From positions 267 to 64,266 of the forward strand of contig JAZDKY010000075.1 in NCBI GenBank assembly GCA_043802525.1: a stretch of 64,000 bases of DNA, read 5' to 3'. How positions within the stretch are numbered: the first letter of the stretch is position 1; every line of letters starts with the position of its first letter. Under the pieces are notes generated by a model. It saw nothing but the letters and a program-made list of their open reading frames with translations, did not search any database and was not told the DNA's origin. The stretch is from a bacterium (GTDB lineage Bacteria; Verrucomicrobiota; Kiritimatiellia; CAIVKH01). This document shows, piece after piece, positions 50,547 through 58,929 of the stretch. Made by a program: the position numbers and the translations under genes.

Positions 50547-50915
50547 ATGCGATCACCCATCAATGTTCTCTTCGTCTGCGGACGCAACAACCGGCGCAGT
50601 CCGACCGCCGGGAGGATCTTCAAGCGCGACCGTCGCATGAACATCCGCGCGGTCGGTTTGGGCGACACCAGCCCGCGGCGGGTGAAGGAAGCCGACCTGC
50701 GCTGGGCCCACCTCGTGCTCGTCGTGGAACGGAAGTACGCCGGCCGCCTTCGGACGGCCTTTCCAAACGTCGACCCGTTCCCGCCCATCGAATCCCTCGA
50801 CATCTCCGACGAGTACACCTTCATGCAGCCCGAACTGGTGGACCTCCTGAAATCCAGCGTGGCATCCGCGTTGGAGACCTATTACGAAGACCGGGTGGGC
50901 GATGGTTCTCCTTAG
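50547..50915 (+). CDS. Low-molecular-weight phosphotyrosine-phosphatase/ArsC-like small protein (CX5R(S) P-loop); paralog of 54657-55055
   Basis: VLFVCGRNNRRSPTAG is the LMW-PTP CX5R motif. Only about 120 aa long. Confidence 0.55.
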   Translation: MRSPINVLFVCGRNNRRSPTAGRIFKRDRRMNIRAVGLGDTSPRRVKEADLRWAHLVLVVERKYAGRLRTAFPNVDPFPPIESLDISDEYTFMQPELVDLLKSSVASALETYYEDRVGDGSP

Positions 50916-51204
50916 CCGGGCGTTCGTACCGGTCGGGCTCTGCGAACTGAAGTTGCAGGACCGTACGGCCCCCGGCGGTGGCCGGTTCGTTCGGAGCGGA
51001 AAGTTTTAGCCGCAAAAGAACGCAAAGAATCCGCCCCTTATTGCCCGTTATTTCTGAGGGCTATGGGGGTGGAGCCTCTTTGCGCTCCTTCGCGGCTCAA
51101 ATTCGTGACGATTCGTGTCCATTCGTGGTTTGCTTCTCCGTGTAAGGTTCCATCTTTCACTTCGAGTTCTTGACTCATAATAGTATGTCACGTATGTACA
51201 GATC

Positions 51205-51771
51205 ATGAACGTGATCCGGTCAGCCCGGGAACGGCGCGGCTATTCGCAACGGGAACTGGCGAAACGGGCTGGTGTTTCGTTCCGCTGCGTCCAGCAATTG
51301 GAACGTCCCGGGCACAACTGGAGCGTCTCGAGCCTGAAGCGTGTCGCCCGAGCCCTGGCCGTGCCCGCGGGAGGGTTGCGCTATCACTTGGACTATCCCT
51401 TTAGAATTCCGCCCGATTCGATCGAGGACATTTCGCTGCGCATCCATGGCGAGGAGTTTTCCTCGTGGAAGCTTCACGTGTTCAACTTCGTGGACCGTTT
51501 CCGGGCGACGCGTGACCCGGACCTGATCGCCAGGCCGCCCATGCCGGAACTGGACCCGCGCCTGCACGCCTTGTTGGCCGGCGTGGTGGAAACGCTCTGC
51601 GCGGAAATCGATCGGTCGGCGCCGTCCTGGTGCGCCGGGATAGATACACTTCCCGAGCCGTGGTTCGTCGCCGGTATTGAGAACCTGAAGCCCGCGGCGC
51701 TCGTTGAATCGCCGGTTCGTTTCAGGACGCGGAACATCTTCGTGCTGGGGAACTTCCTGGAGAGGGCATAG
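51205..51771 (+). CDS. XRE-family HTH protein with an uncharacterised C-terminal domain
   Basis: N-terminal RRGYSQRELAKRAGVSFRCVQQLE. The 130-aa C-terminal domain has no recognised motif. Confidence 0.6.
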   Translation: MNVIRSARERRGYSQRELAKRAGVSFRCVQQLERPGHNWSVSSLKRVARALAVPAGGLRYHLDYPFRIPPDSIEDISLRIHGEEFSSWKLHVFNFVDRFRATRDPDLIARPPMPELDPRLHALLAGVVETLCAEIDRSAPSWCAGIDTLPEPWFVAGIENLKPAALVESPVRFRTRNIFVLGNFLERA

Positions 51772-51778
51772 CGCCAAC

Positions 51779-52291
51779 ATGTTGGATAACGCGACCATCC
51801 AGAAACTCTTCGAAGCCCTGAACCGGGCGCTCAAGGCCCGGAAGGTCGTGGGTGAAATCGGTCTCTGCGGGGGCGCGGTCATGTGCGTGGTTTTTGAAGC
51901 CCGCGTGTCGACCAAGGACGTCGACGGCATTTTCGAACCCACGTCGGAGATTCGAAAAGCGAGCCGGGAAGTCGCCCGTGAGATGGGCGTTCCGCAGAAC
52001 TGGCTGAAGGACGTCGCGAAGGCCTATTTCCTGAGCGATCCGCCGCGGGTCCCGGTCATGGACCTCTCCAACCTGCGCATCTGGGCCCCGAGGGCCGACT
52101 ACATGCTGGCCATGAAATGCGTATCCGCCCGGTTTGACACGCACGATACCGACGACGTGAAGTTCCTGGTCCGTCATCTTGGACTGAAAAAACCGGGCGA
52201 CGTCTTCGAGATCGTGGAGAAGTACTATCCCCGGAAGCAGGTTCCGTCCAAGACCCAAATCCTGATCGAGGAAATCATGCAGAAAAGCTAG
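51779..52291 (+). CDS. Minimal nucleotidyltransferase (Pol-beta fold; MntA/AbiEii-like)
   Basis: GLCGGAVMCVVFEARVSTKDVDGIF fits hG[GS]x9-13DxD. 8 nt downstream of the XRE gene, so probably co-transcribed. Confidence 0.55.
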   Translation: MLDNATIQKLFEALNRALKARKVVGEIGLCGGAVMCVVFEARVSTKDVDGIFEPTSEIRKASREVAREMGVPQNWLKDVAKAYFLSDPPRVPVMDLSNLRIWAPRADYMLAMKCVSARFDTHDTDDVKFLVRHLGLKKPGDVFEIVEKYYPRKQVPSKTQILIEEIMQKS

Positions 52292-52451
52292 CCGCGAAAA
52301 ACACAAAAATAAACGCCCCATAACCCTCGGAATTTCGAAGGTGGGTCATGGGGGTGGGGGTTATGGTGTTTTTCGTGGCCATTCTGCGCTATTCCGCGCC
52401 GGCCCTTTCAAGCTCTCGTGTCCACTCATACGCGAACCAGGGCTGTTCGCG

Positions 52452-54290
52452 TCAGCGCAGTCGGCCGCGGGATACCCAGTCCTTGCGCGGGAAAGCGTGA
52501 AAGATCATGCGGCTATCCTCCTCGCGCACGAGGATGCGCGCTTTACCGCGCTTCAGCTTGCGCCAGTAGAAGCCGCTGATGGATTCGTGCGGCAGAAGAG
52601 CTCGCGTGACAGGTGACATGGACGCGTAGTAGTCGAGGGCGCTGGTCAGACTTTCGGCCGGAATCGGAAGGGTGGGGAGATGCTCGCGTATCCAGCTTGA
52701 CGTGTCAGTCCCGGGGCTATCGTCGTTCCACACAAGGATTTTCGCCTGTGCAAGGCCGTGTCCAGGGTCCCGCACCATGTGCCACACGCGTACCACGGGG
52801 GCGGCCGGTTCGGGGGGCAGGGGCGTCGCGTCGTCCTCCGCCAGATCGAGATGCTGCTCGATCGTCCTGGAGACCTCCGGCTCCGGCGGCAGGTGGAGAT
52901 CGAAAATCGACACGGTTTGGCCGGCGGCCTGTGTGCATCGGCAAAGAAAATCCAGATTCTCCAGCATGAAAGGTTCGGACCACTGCTTCCAAAGTTGGCG
53001 AATCAGCGCGCTCTGGTCGTCATTCAGCGGAACGAAGGGCGTATCCGGGCGCATGTTGGACAGCGATATTTCCTCGGCCACCATCCGAAGCACCTGCGCG
53101 TCCGGCGCGTTGTCCAGCGCGGCCTGGGTAAAAAGACGGCGGGTTCCGGCGTGATGGGGCCCGCGCAGATAGGGCGCGATGTGGCGTGACAGCGCCGTCC
53201 TCGTTTTCTCGCCCTCGCGCGTCACGGGCATGCGGATGAGCTTCGAGGGATGGTTGAGCATGTCGGCGAGGAGCGGTCGCACCCAGGGTTTGAGCCTGTC
53301 GCCTGAAATCCCGTCCGTCCGGGCGAGTTCCTGAAACAGAGCCACGTACCAGAAGCATTCGCTGGTGGAGATCATCCCCGCAGCTTCATCCGACATGTTG
53401 TCGGCAAGGGTGTACCGTTCCCTTTCTTTCCGGGCGAGACCTCTCAGTTGAGTGCACATGTTGGTGCGCATCTTCGCCAGGAGGAGGAATACGTGAAAGT
53501 CCATGGCTGTTTTCTTCGGATCCAGTGCCTGATCGAGCGTCTCGAACAGAAAAGTTTCCGTCATTTCCACGCGGTGGACGATCTGGTTGTAGCCTTCCGC
53601 GGCGTCGCGGAAGATCGGCATCAGCGTCTCCATGCGATGCCGGGCCTCGACGAGCAAGGCGTCCAGCGATTCGGCTGGATCCTCGACATCCAGGAGCAAA
53701 ACGGCCGCGTCATCGGAGAAGGGCAGGACCAGCAGCAGGATATCCCGCGGGGCGAGCGTGGGCGCGAAGTCCTCGGCGAGTTCCATGATAAAATCAGGAT
53801 TGCAGGCAAAAGCTGTCAACAGCGGGCTGTTGGCGGTCAGCGTCATACTGCGGCGGAACTGGTCCAGGCAAATCCGCTCCCTGTCCTTGTCGTCATCGAG
53901 CAGGGCGGAGATGGCGTCAATCGCATCAAAACCGAACCGGTCGATATGGTATTTGATTCCTCCGCACCAATGGAGAAAGTCGCGTAGGGCGTCCGACGAT
54001 GCGACGTCCCGGGCCCGTGCCAGGTCAAATACCTTGGCGACCGTTGAAAGCAGTGTCAGGTCCGATTCGGCATAGACCAGGTCATCGCCGGTCCCGAGCC
54101 ACTCGACCATGGCGGCGCGAAACCGGGTTTGGATTTTCAGCGACTTGGGCGACGCCAGCCAGGCTTGGAGGCGCCTCCGGCTCTCCGCGTAGCCGGCCAG
54201 TGCCCTGCTGACGTGTTCAGCCCCATACCGGGCCGACGAGAATGCCATTGGCCACGGCTGGATAAAAGTGGGTCGTGGTTTCTTGCTCAC
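52452..54290 (-). CDS. Hypothetical 612-aa cytoplasmic protein, no recognisable domain
   Basis: Long ORF with protein-like composition and no TM or signal peptide. No catalytic motif recognised by eye. Confidence 0.4.
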   Translation of the reverse strand: MSKKPRPTFIQPWPMAFSSARYGAEHVSRALAGYAESRRRLQAWLASPKSLKIQTRFRAAMVEWLGTGDDLVYAESDLTLLSTVAKVFDLARARDVASSDALRDFLHWCGGIKYHIDRFGFDAIDAISALLDDDKDRERICLDQFRRSMTLTANSPLLTAFACNPDFIMELAEDFAPTLAPRDILLLVLPFSDDAAVLLLDVEDPAESLDALLVEARHRMETLMPIFRDAAEGYNQIVHRVEMTETFLFETLDQALDPKKTAMDFHVFLLLAKMRTNMCTQLRGLARKERERYTLADNMSDEAAGMISTSECFWYVALFQELARTDGISGDRLKPWVRPLLADMLNHPSKLIRMPVTREGEKTRTALSRHIAPYLRGPHHAGTRRLFTQAALDNAPDAQVLRMVAEEISLSNMRPDTPFVPLNDDQSALIRQLWKQWSEPFMLENLDFLCRCTQAAGQTVSIFDLHLPPEPEVSRTIEQHLDLAEDDATPLPPEPAAPVVRVWHMVRDPGHGLAQAKILVWNDDSPGTDTSSWIREHLPTLPIPAESLTSALDYYASMSPVTRALLPHESISGFYWRKLKRGKARILVREEDSRMIFHAFPRKDWVSRGRLR

Positions 54291-54354
54291 GAGTGTGCTG
54301 CATAGCCGGTCCGCCGCTCCATTTCAAGCCGGCGATTCGGAGAGGCGGGTACGC

Positions 54355-54490
54355 AGGTCGGATGGTCACGAAGACGCACCGGCCTTCGCCCCGCCTCGGA
54401 GGCGGGACTTCGGTGAGGCAAGCAAGAGAAGGCCGCCCTTGGAACCCGGGGATCTCTTCTTCGTGCTTCTTGTGCCTCTTCGTGGCTATC
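54355..54490. repeat. MITE-like element, homolog of the 29790-29975 copy
   Basis: TCACGAAGACGCACCGGCCTTCGCCCCGCCTCGGAGGCGGGACTTCGGTGAGGCAAGCAAGAG...CTTCTTCGTGCTTCTTGTGCCTCTTCGTGGC. Confidence 0.6.
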
Positions 54491-54656
54491 TCTGTTGCTG
54501 CTTTACTGTTTCTTCCATTTGGACGGATATGAGGCAGGCTTGCCCTCATGAACCATCATCAATGTGCCACGTGCCCCGTCCCGCCTTGGCGGGCAAGTGT
54601 GACGCGGCTACAGGCAAACATTTAACGCCTTGGCGGGATCTGCTACGCTCCGGTTC

Positions 54657-55055
54657 ATGGCTGGTCCTCTCAACGTCCTCTTTGTCTGCGACAGCAAGAA
54701 ACGGCGCAGCCCCACCGCGGAGCGAATCTTCAAGCGGGACCGCCGGATGAACGTCCGCGCGGCGGGCGTTGGTGACAGCAGTTCGTGTCGCATGAAGGAA
54801 GGGGACCTGCGCTGGGCCCAGCTCGTGCTCGTGATGGAGCGGAAGTACGCCGGGCGACTTCGGGCGGCCTTTCCGAATCTCGATCCATTCCCGCCCATCG
54901 CATCCCTCGATATCCCCAATGACTACGCCTTCATGCAGGAAGAGCTGATCCAACTCCTGAGAGTCACCGTAACCGCTGCCTTGGCCGCCTATCACGCCGC
55001 TGAAGATTCAACCACGAATGGGACCCGCCTCCGTCCTGCTTCCGACGCGGGTTGA
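54657..55055 (+). CDS. LMW-PTP/ArsC-like small protein, paralog of 50547-50915
   Basis: LNVLFVCDSKKRRSPTAERIFKRDRRMNVRAAGVGD. About 70% identical to the first copy through the first 100 aa. Confidence 0.55.
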   Translation: MAGPLNVLFVCDSKKRRSPTAERIFKRDRRMNVRAAGVGDSSSCRMKEGDLRWAQLVLVMERKYAGRLRAAFPNLDPFPPIASLDIPNDYAFMQEELIQLLRVTVTAALAAYHAAEDSTTNGTRLRPASDAG

Positions 55056-55140
55056 TTCGTGGTTGAGCTCCCGATTTCGCGAAGCGCGGTTCACTTTCGC
55101 GCAAGTAATTGCAGATCAAGCTGAGTCGTAGCGACCCAGG

Positions 55141-55575
55141 GGATGTATGTCCTCCGCCTCGTAATCCTAATCCTAATCGTAATCGTAATCCTAATCGTAC
55201 TCGTAATCGAATATCCTCGTGCCGCCATGGCCGGTATCGGAGAGTGCAGAGCGGTTATGGCCCGGAGTTTCGATTTCGATTACGATTAGGATTACGATTA
55301 CGATTAGGAATCAGATGTAGACATGGGCCTTGTCGAGCATCCTCTTCAGAGTGCTGACGAGTCTTCGACTCGTCTTTGTCCTTCAGGTCGAGGGCGAGGT
55401 GGGGGGCTATGTCCTCCGCCTCGTAATCCTAATCCTAATCCTAATCGTAATCGTAATCCTAATCGTACTCGTAATCGAATGTCCTCGTGCAGCCATGGCC
55501 GGTATCGGAGAGTGCAGAGCGATTATGGCCCGGATTTTCGATTACGATTACGATTACGATTGGGATTACGATTGG
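55141..55575. repeat. Two tandem units of about 170 bp (55141-55310; 55421-55575), each hexamer inverted arms (CGTAAT/CCTAAT)n ... (GATTAC/GATTAG)n around a 65-bp core, separated by a degenerate copy of the topoisomerase VI-B 3' end (55316-55415)
   Basis: The units are over 90% identical. The core reads GAAT[AG]TCCTCGTGC[CA]GCCATGGCCGGTATCGGAGAGTGCAGAGCG. The 55316-55415 segment aligns with 56109-56215 (shared TCCTTCAGGTCGAG, TCGAGCAT; translates LDLKDKDE.. against LDLKEKDEDRIVKDLKKMLEKTHLEV). Confidence 0.7.
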
Positions 55576-55586
55576 GAGGGCAAGCC

Positions 55587-55982
55587 TCATCCCCACGTTG
55601 CGCTGTCTTCATGAACGCGCATGGGCGAATTGCTCTTGATCAAACCAACAAGCATGGAGACGATCCGCGCCAGCATGACCTTGCCCTCGACGATTGCATC
55701 TGCATCCACTTTCCTTTTCGCGACGAGAACGTCGAGACACGCCGCGCATTCCAACGCCGATCCTCGCGCTATATCGAAAAAGCGACACCGGTCGTTTTCA
55801 GTGTAGCGGCCATTGCCTTCAGCCGTGTTCAGCGGAATGGAGGTGGAAGCCCGATCAATATTGTCGCGCGCAGCAAGCGTACGCGGGACATCAGCTACGA
55901 TGGGTTCTAGCCAGGCGATGAATTCGATGGAGAGTTGGTAGACTTCGAGCTTTTCGTGGTCGAAGAGAGGTTTGGAATTCAT
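55587..55982 (-). CDS. Four-helix-bundle protein (TIGR02436 / 23S rRNA intervening-sequence protein family)
   Basis: 131 aa. FDHEKLEVYQLSIEF...IPLNTAEGNGRYTENDRCRFFDIARGSALECAACLDVLV is the family signature. Confidence 0.75.
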   Translation of the reverse strand: MNSKPLFDHEKLEVYQLSIEFIAWLEPIVADVPRTLAARDNIDRASTSIPLNTAEGNGRYTENDRCRFFDIARGSALECAACLDVLVAKRKVDADAIVEGKVMLARIVSMLVGLIKSNSPMRVHEDSATWG

Positions 55983-56059
55983 GGTCTTCCCTCCGTTTCG
56001 TAATCGTACTCGAATTCCGTTCCTGCCGCTCCGTTCGGTGGTGAGGGACGTAGGGCGTT

Positions 56060-56106
56060 TATACTTCTGATATTCGATTACGATTACGATTACGATTACG
56101 ATTACG
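56060..56106. repeat. (ATTCGATTACGATTACG...)n hexamer array, right arm of the element, abutting the top6B stop codon
   Basis: ATTCGATTACGATTACGATTACGATTACGATTACGAATCAG. Confidence 0.7.
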
Positions 56107-56108
56107 AA

Positions 56109-57875
56109 TCAGACTTCCAGATGCGTTTTCTCGAGCATTTTCTTGAGGTCTTTGACGATCCGATCTTCATCCTTTTCCTTCAGGTCGAGAATCTGCCTCA
56201 ATCCCAACGCAAGGTGCGGGATGTAGAGCTCGATGTAGTTCTTCTTCCTCGCTTCCTCCAACTCGCGGTTGCGTTTGTGGAGGAAGACGGACAATCGCCG
56301 ACCGCATTCCTGCAGGCCTAGTGTGATCTCATTGAGGATTTCCTGGTAGCTGGCGAGGGCGTCCTTGCTCTCGCTTGTGAACGGGACCCAGACGCTGGCC
56401 ATGTGGATCATCAATACGACCGGGCCTTGCGGCAGCCCGTCTCTGGGCTGGTTCAGGCCGTACGATTTCCAGTTTACGCCGCACGTCGCTTTCGTGATCG
56501 CGCAGGCGCCGGGCTGGTAGAGCAGAGGAACCCGGTTCGCAAATCGCAGCAGCCGCACGGGCTCTTCCTTGCCCATGTCCTGGTCGGTATTTTCCGAGGG
56601 TCGCGTGTACGCGACGCCGATCTCGATCTGAAACGGGTTGCCGCGGTAGACCGACGGGTCGCGCGTGAGGGACGTGAAAAAGTCGGCTTTGAATTCTTTC
56701 TGCAATCCCGCAAGAATCTGTGTCTCGCCAATCGGCGACAAACAGTCCGTTGGTGGCCGCATCAACTTCGTTTCCTGGATCGCCTTGTACAAGGCCTCGG
56801 CTTCCTGGTGCGCGACGCGGGTCGGGTTCGCTTTCGGGTTCAGGCCGGCGCGTTCGCAGATCTGCAGCGCGGTGCCGGTACTGACGCGGGAGAAGTCGGT
56901 CGACAACGCCCCGCGCAACGTGCGCGATTCGGAGTCCTTCAACATCTGCATCAGCATCCCGATCTCCACGCCGTGCGGATGCGGCATGATCTCCTGCGCC
57001 GGCAGCGGGACCTGTTTGGTGGCACGGAGGTAGGTGATGCGGAGTTCTGCTTTTGCTGGTTTTTCATCCGATGTAGGCCGCGTGACCCCACGCGGCGCGG
57101 ACCCCGCCGGGTCGGCGACCCGGCCTACAACGAGACGGTAGTGCAGCGTCACATGCGGGTTCACGATCGCGCACTGCTTCACGAATTCGTCGACGGACTG
57201 CTTGCCCCGCTGGTACGCGGCTTCCATGTCGATCGAGACACACGTGCCGTGCTTGTACGTGGAGGCTTCCCCGTCCGATTTCCCTTCCGCGTTCACGGCT
57301 TGGAACGTCGGCAGCCACTCGGCTTCCTCGTCGGTCAGGATGGTAGGCTTATTCTGGCGCGTATCGATCTGCACGGCCATGGAATGCGCCTTCTTGCTGC
57401 CCGAAATCTTCGACAGGATGCGCGTCGACGAACCGGTCGTGAGCTGGCCGTACATGCCCGCTGCGCTGATGCCGATGCCCTGCTGGCCGCGCGACATGCG
57501 GAGGCGGTGGAATTTCGAGCCGTAGAGCAGCTTCGCGAAAATCTTCGGGATCTGGCTCTTCACGATGCCGGGCCCGTTGTCGGTGATCGTCACGCGGAAC
57601 CGGCTCTCGGAAATCTGTTCCAGGTCGATGGAAAGTTCGGGGAGGATGTGGGCCTCCTCGCATGCGTCGAGCGAGTTGTCGACCGCCTCCTTGACCGCGG
57701 TCAGCAGCGCGCGGCGCGGGCTGTCGAACCCGAGCAGGTGCCGGTTCTTGAGGAAGAATTCCGAGACCGATATGTCGCGCTGCCGCGCGCCCATGCTCTC
57801 GGCGGTCTCGACCTTCGGTTCCTTCTTCGGCTTCGGTGCCGGGGCTGGAGGGGACGGTGTGGGCGCTTTCTTCAT
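56109..57875 (-). CDS. top6B: DNA topoisomerase VI subunit B (GHKL ATPase)
   Basis: Bergerat-fold motifs EAVDNSLDA (N box), ITDNGPGI (G1), KLLYGSKF, SRGQQGIGISAA (G2), followed by H2TH and transducer regions. Start MKKAPTPSPP. Confidence 0.85.
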   Translation of the reverse strand: MKKAPTPSPPAPAPKPKKEPKVETAESMGARQRDISVSEFFLKNRHLLGFDSPRRALLTAVKEAVDNSLDACEEAHILPELSIDLEQISESRFRVTITDNGPGIVKSQIPKIFAKLLYGSKFHRLRMSRGQQGIGISAAGMYGQLTTGSSTRILSKISGSKKAHSMAVQIDTRQNKPTILTDEEAEWLPTFQAVNAEGKSDGEASTYKHGTCVSIDMEAAYQRGKQSVDEFVKQCAIVNPHVTLHYRLVVGRVADPAGSAPRGVTRPTSDEKPAKAELRITYLRATKQVPLPAQEIMPHPHGVEIGMLMQMLKDSESRTLRGALSTDFSRVSTGTALQICERAGLNPKANPTRVAHQEAEALYKAIQETKLMRPPTDCLSPIGETQILAGLQKEFKADFFTSLTRDPSVYRGNPFQIEIGVAYTRPSENTDQDMGKEEPVRLLRFANRVPLLYQPGACAITKATCGVNWKSYGLNQPRDGLPQGPVVLMIHMASVWVPFTSESKDALASYQEILNEITLGLQECGRRLSVFLHKRNRELEEARKKNYIELYIPHLALGLRQILDLKEKDEDRIVKDLKKMLEKTHLEV

Positions 57876-58037
57876 AGGGGCACAGCGTAGTTTCCAACGA
57901 TTGGAAAAATCACGAAGAAAAGTTCCAAGCGTTGGAAGAAATTGAACCACGGAGGGAAGAGGAGGTTCTGGAGACCGGGCTCGCCATTCCCCAACCTCCG
58001 CGAACCTCTGCGCCCTCTGCGGTTCAAATTGATGCGG

Positions 58038-58925
58038 TCAAGGAGCCAGGAGGTCCGTCACGAGCTGCGACAGGTCGGTGATGACGACATCGGGCGGGAT
58101 GGCCGGCGGTTTCCATGCGGCGGGGCGGTACGAGCGCCGGTCGCCGGCAAACAGCGCGGTGCGGAAGCCGAGGAGCGCTGAGGGCGTCATATCCTTGGTC
58201 ATATCGTTACCCACATAGAGGACCTCCCCGGGCCGGATGCCGTGGCTCCCGGCCAGGGCATCGAGCGCGAGGCGGAACAGGCGCCCGGACGGCTTGGCTT
58301 CACGCTGCTCAAACGACCAGACCGCAGGTTCCGGAGGCGGGCGGCCCAGGTGCGTGCGGAAGATCAGCGGGGAATAGAACTGGGCGTTGGATACGATGCC
58401 TGTGACGAAGCCGCGCTTCTCCAGGGCCGACAGCGTTTCCGCGGCGCCGGGCATGGGCCATGTGGGATTGACGCGGCATTCGAACTCCACGGCGAGGCGC
58501 TCGATCGTTGCCCGGTCGCAGGAACCGGAAAGCGATCCATCGCGCCGGAGCTCGGAGAGCACGGCATCCCACGTCTCGCGAATTTCGATCTCGGGGAATT
58601 CCACGCCCGCGGCGCGGCGCCGCGCGTGTTCTTCCTGGATTCGCTCGACCAGCAGGGCCGGGCCCCGCGCCACCGCCCCGGGTGGCGCGTCGAATCCCGC
58701 CGCACGCAAGGCGTCACGGAACGCATCGGCGGGCGGGGCGGCATGGAGTACGGAACCGATGTCGCCCGACGCGCTGACCACGAGCGTTCCGTACACATCG
58801 AACAGGACGGCGCGGATGCCTTTGAGCGGATGAATCCGCGCCTCCATGTCTGTGGGCAGAGGATCCATCGGCCGACTGCAGCGGCTGATGCGCTCGAGAA
58901 GATCAGAAACCTGCGCCTCGTCCAT
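58038..58925 (-). CDS. HAD-family hydrolase (candidate glucosyl-3-phosphoglycerate phosphatase by context)
   Basis: Motif I AVLFDVYGTLV. Motif III/IV KPSGRLF...LYVGNDMTKD. Confidence 0.6.
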   Translation of the reverse strand: MDEAQVSDLLERISRCSRPMDPLPTDMEARIHPLKGIRAVLFDVYGTLVVSASGDIGSVLHAAPPADAFRDALRAAGFDAPPGAVARGPALLVERIQEEHARRRAAGVEFPEIEIRETWDAVLSELRRDGSLSGSCDRATIERLAVEFECRVNPTWPMPGAAETLSALEKRGFVTGIVSNAQFYSPLIFRTHLGRPPPEPAVWSFEQREAKPSGRLFRLALDALAGSHGIRPGEVLYVGNDMTKDMTPSALLGFRTALFAGDRRSYRPAAWKPPAIPPDVVITDLSQLVTDLLAP

Positions 58926-58929
58926 GGCG

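Noticed and set aside
55109-55910. ORFs translating as NPNPNRNRNPNRTRNR.. (55109-55357, 55323-55910, 55330-55614) and the LLVIGYWLLVIGY ORFs at 11259-11721
   Set aside because: They are in-frame translations of the hexamer (ATTACG) and heptamer (CCAATAA) tandem repeats, not proteins.
47541-56106. CRISPR array hypothesis for the hexamer repeat blocks
   Set aside because: The repeat units are 6 nt with no spacers, the arrays are inverted copies of each other, and no cas genes are present. This is a microsatellite-armed element, not CRISPR.
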